Assembly (NCBI GenBank): GCA_964016885.1
Contig: OZ024742.1
Coordinates: forward strand, 231,508,001 to 231,572,000
From: Eledone cirrhosa
Taxonomy: Eukaryota
Reading direction: 5' to 3'
Length of the DNA stretch: 64,000 nucleotides
Part shown: positions 15,336-25,209 of the stretch, piece after piece
How positions within the stretch are numbered: the first letter of the stretch is position 1
Layout: each line of letters begins with the position of its first letter
Translations under genes and position numbers: made by a program
Notes under the pieces: model-generated
Told to the model about the DNA's origin: nothing
Database searches by the model: none
What the model saw: the letters and a program-made list of their open reading frames with translations, nothing else

Positions 15336-15539
15336 CTTCTTGAAACATTACATATTCCTTTTTCTCCACAAGACACAAAAAGTTCATTTGTTTCATGTTA
15401 GAATATCAATATGTTACCTGAAGTTTGATATATGAGGTTTTAACATTACAAATTACTTAGTGTAGTGAGTCACTGCTTGTTTTGTGGTTTATGTGCTGTA
15501 TCAGCTTTCTGTACTTCTTCATTTTATTTTAGGTTAATA

Positions 15540-16291
15540 CTAACAGAATGGCCCGGCGTTGCTCGGGATTCTAAACATAGATTGGCATGTTTATCCCTCC
15601 TTTCTGAAACAGTACAGAGAAGTATGGAATACCTCGGTCTTGGAATGGAGTCTACATTCTGTGCTTATAAAAAAAATTTGTCGTAGATTACCAGGGTTTT
15701 TTCCTTGTGAAGAAAATCAATACTTTATCGCGAAATAAATACTTTTGTTTATATTTTGTTTTTGTGTATGCAAAAATATCTGTACACAAATATATAATTA
15801 TATATATATATATATATATTAAAATAACAGATTAAAGTTTAAGCAAAGAATCGCTGCTTTCACGCTTAACGGGATCTTCTGAAACTAAAAAAAATCAATC
15901 TGTGAATGCAGAGGTAAATATTTTGAAAAACGTTACAGACTATATATATATATACACACACTATATATACATATACACACACGCACACACACATATATAG
16001 CGTCATAATGTCGTAATGCAGACAGCCAGACATACAGACAGATATTATAAGGGCGCAACGTTATATCTATGTATCTATCTAAAAAGAAAGACTAAGAATT
16101 ATAGAGAGAGATCGCTAAATCGCCTAATACGGTCCCTAGGGCATTGAAAATTTGAATTTTCTTTTGCTCAAAATACCCACAGGACCATAAGTATTACACG
16201 TGTAAAGTTTGAAAACAATCGGTTGGGTGGTTCTCGAGTTTTAGCGAGTCAGACAGACACACAGACATTCTCTGTTTTAGATATATATAGA
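15540..16291 (-). mobile_element. Non-autonomous Helitron (family H1)
   Basis: Minus 5' TCTATATATATCTAAAAC; 3' hairpin CCCG...CGGG near a mutated CTAG end; homologous to 21603-22175. Confidence 0.82.
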
Positions 16292-16600
16292 TAAGCATTT
16301 TAGTTTGAGGTCATACCAGGTAAAATCATATCAACACACAGAATTTGAATGATTTCAAAATAGATTAAAATGAAAAAAAGAAAATAATATAGCGACAGAT
16401 AGTCATCTAATAATGATATTCTTAAAGCACAATAAAGAAACCAAGAGATAATTTCACAAGTGTTTTGAAGTCACGAAACAATTTGTATTGTGTAAGGAAA
16501 AAGTGTAATGTGAAGTATGTTTCAAATATATGTGTATATGTGTGTTTGATGAGTGTATTAAGTTCAGAATTGTAAGTCACTAATATTATAGTTTTAAAGC

Positions 16601-16703
<103 letters not shown>

Positions 16704-16758
16704 ATGTGTGTGTGTGTATGTAAAAGGTAAACAGAAATAACTATACAATTGGTACAGT

Positions 16759-16799
<41 letters not shown>

Positions 16800-16984
16800 T
16801 TTACGTCCGCTTTTCCCTGCTTGCAAGGGTGGGAAGGAATATATATAATTCGGGATGTTTGTTTGCTTACAAACAAACCGAACATTATAATAAATGTTCG
16901 GTAAACCCATACGTACATATATATATGTGTGCATGTATATATATATATACATACTACTGTACGTCTGTATACATATATGTATGT

Positions 16985-17327
16985 AGGCACATGGCTTAGT
17001 GGTTAGAGCATTGGCCTTGCAATCGAAAGGTTGTGAGTTCAATTCTCAGACCGGGTGATGTGTTGTTTCCTTGAGCAAGACACTTTATTTCACATTGCTC
17101 CAGTTTACTCAGCTGTAGAAATGAGATGATAGAGACTGGGGTCCATATCATTCCACTGCAAAGTGGTCGTGTAGGTGCCACGGCAAAAAAGCACCCAGCA
17201 CTCACTGTAAATGAGGTTGGTGTTAGGAAGGGCATTCAGCTGTAGGAATCAAGCTAAAATCAGTTACTGTCCCACCCTTGCAAGCAGGGAAAAAGCGGAC
17301 ATAAAATGAAATGATGATGATGATGAT
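16985..17327 (+). mobile_element. tRNA-SINE family A with RTE-derived tail
   Basis: A box TGGCTTAGTGG, B box GAGTTCAATTC, 3' part resembles the RTE 3' UTR at 31200-31392, (ATG)n tail. Confidence 0.9.
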
Positions 17328-17718
17328 GTATACATACATACTTACACTTAAGTATCAGCCGTACTAAGAGTGAGAAATGAAATTTCGTTTCATTCTTTTC
17401 CATTTATCGTTTTCGGTGCGCCCGGCCGACTAACTATCTCGATATGCAAATTAGGCTGTTCAGCCGTTAATATGCATAAGGAAAGTATATACTTTCAGAC
17501 GTTCAATCATCTAGCAGGAAGGTATACGATGCTGACAATAGCTAATAAGCTTGAAGCTAGTACATCGTTCCTGTGACAGTGTTGAACAAAAAGGCGACGA
17601 TGGTTGCCTGAACACTGTACGTCGTAATTCGGGCTGTTTGTTTGTTTACAAACAAACCGAACATTATAATAAATGTTCGGTAAACCCATACGTACAAATA
17701 TACATGTGTGCATGTATG

Positions 17719-18729
17719 CAGTGGCGTAGCTAGGGTAAACGGCGCCCAGGGCAAGCATCAAATTGGTTATTGCAATTAATGAAGTGAATCAAATTATTCT
17801 TCTCTCTCAATCTCTGCTGAACCCCACTGCGGGTCCCAGCCATTATGGCAGCATTGTCGTAGCACTGCGATCGACAGTTCTGCAGTGGTAGGTCATCTTT
17901 TTCTAGCTCTTTCTCGATTGTTTCAACAAGGCTTGCGGCATCTTTTTTGATTACTTGAATGAATCCAAGAAAAGATTCCCTCACAACGACTGTCTTCATA
18001 TTGAAATCAACATCGACATATCGCACAACTTTTGACAGTTATTCTCAGTGCGCCTGGTCAGGGGTCAAACCAATTAGCAGACCATAGTATCTTGCTTTTT
18101 AGATACGATTTAGTAAATTCTGACGAACTGTATTATAGAAGAAAACATTGAACCATCTAAACTGGAGTCAAATTGAATTCCTAATAGAAGCTATCCAATC
18201 CTATCTGGCCATTTGGATTATGATACCTTTTCTATACGTCTTATGTACCAGTTGTAAAAGACAAACTACTCTGTTTTGTAAACCAGCTTCATAATTATAA
18301 TTATCTTGTATTGGTCATTGCAATGCATTGCTAAAAATAGCGCCTGCATGTCCACGAGTTGCACGTCCAAAACTACGTCCCTTCAGTCAGTGTGTGTGTG
18401 AGGGGGGGGGGGCGGTTTTGTGAGGTCAAGTGAGGTATCCGCTGTTTTGCAATGTATAGCTAAAAATAGCGCCCGCATAATTGCAACCCACGCTGCTGTC
18501 AGTGCGGGGCGGGGGGGTTGTGAAGTCAAATCAAACATCTGCTCTGTTTAGTGCACTAGACATGGCGTGGAAGTCAGCTATCAAGAAATCACATGCTTCA
18601 TTTTTGGCTTATATTTTTAAAAATGATAAAAACGACATGGATGTAAATCGATCTAGGTCAAAATTGCGCCCTCCTAAATTTGGCGCCCGTGGCATATGCC
18701 CTGCTTGCCACACCCTAGCTACGCCACTG
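17719..18729 (-). mobile_element. Internally deleted hAT DNA transposon
   Basis: 18-bp TIRs CAGTGGCGTAGCTAGGGT, 8-bp TSD CATGTATG, transposase fragment RESFLGF...QCYDNAAIMAG...GVQ (17730-18026). Confidence 0.92.
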
Positions 18730-18888
18730 CATGTATGTATATATATACATACTACTGTACGTCTGTATACATATATGTATGTACGTATACATACATACTT
18801 AAACTTATATATATATATCCAGGGGGTGTAACTTCTATATATATATATATATATTTAATTTAATTCAATTTATCTTAATTTTGGATAT

Positions 18889-19222
18889 TTTCATTTCATT
18901 TTACGTCCTCTTTTCCCTGCTTGCAAGGGTGAGACGGGGAACTGATTCTGGCTTGATTTCTACAGCTGGATGCCATTCCTAACACCAACCTCATTTACAG
19001 TGAGTGCTGGGTGCTTTTTTGCCGTGGCGCCTACACGTCCACTTTGCAGTGGAATGATAGGGAACCCAGTCCCTATCATCTCATTTCTACAGCTGAGTAA
19101 ACTGGAGCAATGTGAAATAAAGTGTCTTGCTCAAGGAAACAACACATCACCCGGTCTGAGAATTGAACTCACAACCTTTCGATTGCAAGGCCAATGCTCT
19201 AACCACTAAGCCATGTGCCTCC
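18889..19222 (-). mobile_element. tRNA-SINE family A
   Basis: Near-identical reverse complement of 16985-17327; sits between inverted AT-rich arms 18855-18888 and 19249-19282. Confidence 0.9.
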
Positions 19223-19768
19223 ATATATATTTGGATATATATATATATATATCCAAAATTAAGATAAATTGAATTAAATTAAATTAAATCAAATTAAATT
19301 AAGGACCTGGCTTCTGTCGTTTACCAGTCGATTAATTGGTGAAATATATTTCTTTAATGGAATATATACGAGGAAAATTAATCAAATTATAAGGTATCTA
19401 TTTTTCAAGTTCTAGTTAAACTTTATTTAGTTACCTACCTAGCTATGTGTGCTTACACACTTTTACAAATTATCCCCTGTCATTGTTTCATATGTTTAAT
19501 TATATGTCAATCAATTTCTAGTTGATATATATATATATATATACAGGATAACAGATTATTGTTATAGGCAGTCCACTTAGATGTAGTCCAGTTAGAGTAC
19601 TCCGCGTAGTGGATAGTATTAACGTGTGGCTTAGTTTGACTCAACAAGACGTTTCCATAGTGATGCTGCGAGTTCGCAGTGATTTCTATGTAGTTTATAC
19701 TTGGAGTAATAATAATTCAAGAAAGAAGAGTGACATGGTTTGCTATACAATAAGAGCTTTATTCACAT

Positions 19769-19878
19769 TGCTGACAATTGTTTCTTCGATCTGGTAGGTC
19801 TAGAGTTCGCTATCCGCATGATTTTGCATCAATCGATCTCCAATACTTTGTTTATAACCAGTTGTTTTCATCGGAGCA
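19769..19878 (-). ncRNA. Hammerhead-like ribozyme, C4 core variant with long stem II
   Basis: UGCU-CCGAUGA-(about 85-nt insert with CUGGU/ACCAG)-GAAACAAUUGUC-AGCA; palindromic stem III ACAAUUGU. Confidence 0.5.
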
Positions 19879-19989
19879 CGCGAAAGTGAAGAATATACAC
19901 AAGGCATGGCTTTTATATAGGAGTGGTGTTAAACCAGAACAATAATATCAATAATAAAATAAAATAACTAGATAGTGAATAGTTAAAAT

Positions 19990-20180
19990 AATTGTTTCTA
20001 CTTTTAGCACCAGGCCAGCAATTATCCCAGTGCATTACTGGTACTTTATTTTATCGACCCCGTAAGGATGAAAGGCAAAGTTAACCTTGGCGGGATTTGA
20101 ACTCAGATCATAAAAGGAGGTAACTCTATGCTTCAAAGCAAGGCGCCCGACCCTCTACCGATACTGCCAATCCACCGCCC
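19990..20180 (-). mobile_element. SINE family B inserted in PLE 3' UTR
   Basis: Family match; TSD GTGAAT(A/T)GTTAAAATAAT on both sides. Confidence 0.88.
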
Positions 20181-21602
20181 TTGTGAATTGTTAAAATAAT
20201 AACATCAATATAATGATGAATCTAACATGTTAAACGAACTGATATTATACAGATGTATGAAATTGACATGTGAAAACTGCTATAGGGAACGTTAGATATA
20301 GTGTTAAGGTGGCGACTAGATAACAGTAACCACTAAAATGTACTTGGAGACAGGATTTATGAGGTATCTGCTATGTTGTAGGTGTGCTGGCAATAAACCG
20401 GGGATTTCCTTATTGTCTGACAGATAAAGATTTTCGTAGTATTAATTTAGTGATAATGCTAGTTTTTATGTGGTGTTAAGTGGAGTTGTAGATTCGTTAT
20501 TTAAGTGGCCTATACTAAAAGTAGGGATTGTTAGTTCGAATCATGTGGGTTCAGTTTTCACAACATCAATAATCAATCGTGTATAAATAAAACAATAATA
20601 ACAACAATAATAGTAGAGACGATAAAGGTAATAAAATAGTAAAATATGCATGGTAGATATAGAGAACATGATGAATAATATTAGGGATACATTGAGATGT
20701 TCATAATAATAATAAGAAGAAAGTGAGATTTCAAGGAGTGTTATAGATCAAGAGTGCTCATGTGAGATATAATTGTTTGGTCCTAAGTAGTGAACAACAG
20801 CAAAGATGGGATTGATTTATGGGCTGATAAGATAGTTGTAGACATATCCCAGTGGTATAGAATTAGGGAGGCTAGAAGGAGTTTATAGAAGATTATGTTC
20901 TGTAGTGGACGGTATGATAATGCGGATGTTAAATGTTGAATGCTAAGTGATGTTGGTTCGAATTACGGTGGTTTAAATCTCGCGAATTTAGTAGCAATCC
21001 TATGTCTGCAGAAAATTTACCTTTCTATTTTGCTGTTGAGTAGCATTTTATCGTTCCTTAAGATATGCAGCAATTCAAGGTTGCAGAGTCTGCAATGGGA
21101 CATACCACTGCTATAGGACTTTGCGGCCGCCAATTTCGACCAGCTAATATTGTAATCAAGGTTTTTGTCCTTAAGTTGCCAGATTTTATTGGCGAGGGTT
21201 GTAGAATTTACCAGTGCACGGTTTTTCATTGAATGTCTGTGCACATACCATCTTTTTTTAAAAACACCCACGGTGGCTCCAATGTAGTGCCAAGTGGAGT
21301 TGCCCGAGTTTACAGTGCACATGTACACTAGGCTCGAATCAAGGCACCTATTCGCTAATGGGCATTTGTCCGGTAGGTGACAATTGCAGTTCAAGGTATT
21401 ACTCTGTGCAGCTTTCACATTGTGGTTTTGCAAACTGTTATATGTGGGTTGCGATTCATGCAAAACTTTAATAGGCATGAATTGCAACCCAATTGCAAAA
21501 CAATTGTCAGCAATGTGAATAAAGCCCTTATTGTATAGCGAACCATGTCACTCTTTTTTCTTGAACTATATATATATATACATATATATATACATATATA
21601 TA

Positions 21603-22175
21603 CTAGCAGAATGACCCGGCGTTGCTCGGGATTTGTTCTAGAGTTCTTATATATTTGATATATATTTATCCTTATCGCCCTCGTGAAATAAATACGTTTG
21701 TTTATATTTTGTTATTGTGTATGCAAAAATACGCAAATATATAATTATATATATATACATATATATATTAAAATAACAGATTAAAGTTTAAGCAAAGAAT
21801 CGCTGCTTTCGCCCTTAACGGGATCTGCTAAAACTAAAAAAATCAATCTGTGAATGCAGAAGTAAATATTTTGAAAAACGTTACACACTATATACACACA
21901 CACACACACATATAGCATCATAATGTCGTGATGCAGACAGCCAGACACACAGACAGATATTATAAGGGTGCAACATTATATCTAGAGAGAGAGATCGCTT
22001 TTTCGCCTAATGCGGTCCCTAGGGCATTGAAAATTTGAAATATCTTTTGCTCAAAACACTTACAGGACCATTAGTATTACATGTGTAAAGTTTGAAAACA
22101 ATCGGTTGGGTGGTTCTTGAGTTTTAGGGAGTAGACAGACAGAGAAACAGACATTCTCTGTTTTAGATATATAGA
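21603..22175 (-). mobile_element. Non-autonomous Helitron (family H1)
   Basis: A|TC...CTAG|T ends on minus strand, subterminal hairpin CCCGAGCAACGCCGGG. Confidence 0.88.
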
Positions 22176-22219
22176 TTTCCTTTTTTAGATGTTTGGTGGT
22201 AGATTTCTATTTGTGGTAT

Positions 22220-22618
22220 ATGTGTGATGAGATCTTTGGTGCTATGCAGTTGTACAGAAGACCCGCCTTCCCTTGCATACAAACTTAAACCTACAGTCAG
22301 CAGGCACCTCTTAACCCAATATACCCCCCCCCACACCCTACTCCCTCCTCCCATTTCCGTCCAATGTAAAGTGATTGTGTTGGTGACACAATAAAAAGCA
22401 CCCAGTCCACACTGTAAAGTGGTCGTGTAGGAGACATGGTAAAAAGGCACCCAGTTCACACTGTAAATGTGGTTGGTGTTAGGAAGGGTATCCATCCATA
22501 GAAAACCTGCCAGGGACAGTTCTGTATGAGTGAGACACGGTCTCCACATCAAGTGGAACAAAACCGTCTAACCCATGCTATTGTGGAAGATTGACATTAA
22601 ATGATGATGATGATGATG
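22220..22618 (+). mobile_element. RTE LINE 3' fragment
   Basis: Matches 30940-31392 including the (ATG)n tail. Confidence 0.82.
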
Positions 22619-22844
22619 AGTTAGAGTTTGACTTAGTTTTTATCAAGTTGGTTATTTCAGTTGTATAAATAGAATTACTCTTGGGTCCCCCAAAACAGTG
22701 GGGGTTGGAATAAGCAGGGTGGGATGGTGGTGAAAATCAGTAATTTATCTAGGGTGTCTCCTTTGATTTTTTTTTAAAAACCAGAATAAGTCATTTAGTT
22801 TATATATTGAGACCCCAACTTTATCCTATTTATTTTATAACATA

Positions 22845-23721
22845 CTAGCAGTCGTACCCGGCGTTGCACGGGATAAGGTATTTTGGAATGTGCGCCGCCA
22901 ACAGACCTAATCGTGGAAAAATTGCATGCCTGGACAATATGTAAAGAAAATAAACCGAATGCTCTGATGGCTGGATAATCTTTAAGATTTTACTTGATGA
23001 AGCAGGAAAAATGCAGGTTTTTACCTAATGCGGGCCCTAGGGGATCAAGAAAATGAATTATTTTTATGTGCATAATATGCCTTGAAATTTGGGGAAAATC
23101 GGCTAGACGTAACACCCCAAAAAGCCCTAAAAAAGCTGAAAAAATAAAGTTTTTCCCCTAATGCGGGCCCTAGGCCATAAAAAAGTTGTATTTTCTTTGC
23201 TCTCGGTATGAAGAAGAGCCTGACTAATACATAGTTACAATTTCAACGAAATCGGTCTGACGTAACGCCTCAAAAAACCCCTAAAAAGCTTTTAAAATGG
23301 AGTTTTTCACCTAATGCGGGCCCTAGGGGATCAAAAAACACTCCCTGAAACATAAGTAATACACATGTAAAGTTTGAAAAAAGTCGGTTGGGTACTTCTC
23401 GAGTTTTAGGGATTCAAACTCACAGACACACACACACATACACACACACAGACAGACATCCCCAGGGAAGTGACGTAATGCAGACAGGCAGACATACAGA
23501 CAGATATTATAAAGGCGCGACGTTATATGTATGTATCTATCTAAAAAGAGAAAGACTAAGAATTATAGAGAGATTGAAAATTTTTAATTTTTTTTGCTCA
23601 GAACACTCCCTGAAATATAAGTATTACATGTGTAAAGTTTGAAAACAGTCGGTTGGGTGTTTCTCAAGTTTTAGGGATTCAAACTCACACACACAGACAT
23701 CCTCAGTTTTATATATATAGA
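22845..23721 (-). mobile_element. Non-autonomous Helitron (family H2)
   Basis: TCTATATATATAAAACTG 5' end, hairpin CCCGTGCAACGCCGGG then CTAG; internal CCTAATGCGGGCCCTAGG repeats; homologous to 48462-49238. Confidence 0.9.
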
Positions 23722-24261
23722 CTAGCAGAAAACCACCCGGTGGGCGGTTTTCTGCTAGCAAATCTAGTGTATATACTGATATTGTTGAGATTTGGATGAG
23801 AAATGTTTTCGGCACCACATGTTCACCGTCTCTCGGTGTGTCTTTTATGCATATATAAATATATATGTTATCTATACGGTGAAATTTTTGAAATAAATAT
23901 ATGTTAAAACGAAAAAGGAGAAAAAGAGATTAGTGATGGAAATATAAACGTTATGATACATAAACGTTATGATATAACGATGGAAATATATCTTCAAATG
24001 GTCCTTGGCATGGTGTCAAGTCAGAACCGCCTCAAACTGGTTACTTCTGGCTTGTGCAAGGTGTCTCTATAGCAACCAGCGATTCCCTCGGCCTCAGTGA
24101 CCAAAGTCAGTGGAGAGGGGAAGGTAATGTTTCTATAGCGACAGGGTTTCTCTTGGTAGTACCAAAGTGGAGAAAGGAACGGGAAGGTAATATTTCTGTA
24201 GCACCTACATTTGAGTTTTAGGGAATGACAGACAGACAGACAGACAAACAAACAGAGAAAT

Positions 24262-24278
24262 GCCCATATATTTCTGTG

Positions 24279-24319
<41 letters not shown>

Positions 24320-24345
24320 CACACACAGAAATGTATATATATTTC

Positions 24346-24378
<33 letters not shown>

Positions 24379-24455
24379 TACACACACAGAAATGTATATA
24401 TATTTCTGTGTGTGTATATATATATATTACACACACAGAAATGCATATATATTTC
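24262..24455. repeat. Tandem palindromic units ACACACAGAAAT-(TA)n-ATTTCTGTGTGT
   Basis: About three self-complementary units separated by TA runs. Confidence 0.75.
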
Positions 24456-24576
24456 TTAGAACAAAATTATTATTAATGTTTTGCTGTTCATAACAATTGG
24501 AATTAAAAAATTACTTTTGAAATTATTAGTTATTTTACTAATGCTTAGATATGTAAAAATGAAGCAATGTTTCTAA

Positions 24577-24767
24577 TAATTGTTTCTACTTTTGCACAAG
24601 GCCAGCAATTACCCAGTACATTACTGGTACTTTATTTTATCGACTCCGTGAGGATGGAAGGCAAAGTTAACCTCGGCGGTATTTGAACTCAGACCGTAAA
24701 GGGACGTAACTCCATGCTATGAAGCATGGTGTCCGACTCTCTACAGATTCTGCCAATCCACCGCCCT
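24577..24767 (-). mobile_element. SINE family B
   Basis: Family match. Confidence 0.88.
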
Positions 24768-25209
24768 AATGTCTGTACGTAATGAGGGAGTGAGAGGGGA
24801 GAGAAAGAAAGGCAGAGGTGAAGTGACGAAGTGACTCTCTCCTCCTCCTCCATCTCCCCATTCGTCACAGCGATAGAGGGGAGGAATGTTAGTGTGTTAC
24901 AAAGAGAAAGAGTGAGAGTGAGAGAAACAGACAGACTAAAAGAGAGGGATAGCTGGAGTGAGAGAGAGATAGCAACCACGTGCGCACGTGTTTCCACTGT
25001 CGGACAGACAGACAGAGAAATTGCTGGTTATATATTATAAGGAGATGGGATTTCTAGTAATGTACTTTTTTTTGTCATGAATGATGTTTTTTAATGTCTA
25101 AAGAAAATTAATTATTGCAGGAATACTGCTACTTAAAATAAAATTTTGCTGGAGATAGAGGAGCAAAACATAATAAGGGGGATGGGGTTATCTGCGTGTG
25201 TATATATAT

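Larger units (their letters stand above)
19545..21568 (-). mobile_element. 5'-truncated Hydra-type PLE with inverted pLTR
   Basis: GIY-YIG ORF 21017-21487 (CNCx5C, LVY, YIG, FKKRW, IWQLK, CRLC, LLNSK); inverted terminal copy 21498-21565 of 19716-19783; TA-flanked. Confidence 0.88.

Noticed and set aside
7905-15401. Plus-strand poly-Val and Gly-rich (GGGWCDDGGS) ORFs
   Set aside because: Alternative frames of the minisatellite; no independent coding evidence.
16985-17060. tRNA gene
   Set aside because: A/B boxes belong to multi-copy SINE heads; no complete cloverleaf was seen.
18970-19209. Recurrent 79-aa ORF (MPFLTPTSF...) at four loci
   Set aside because: Antisense reading of young SINE family A copies.
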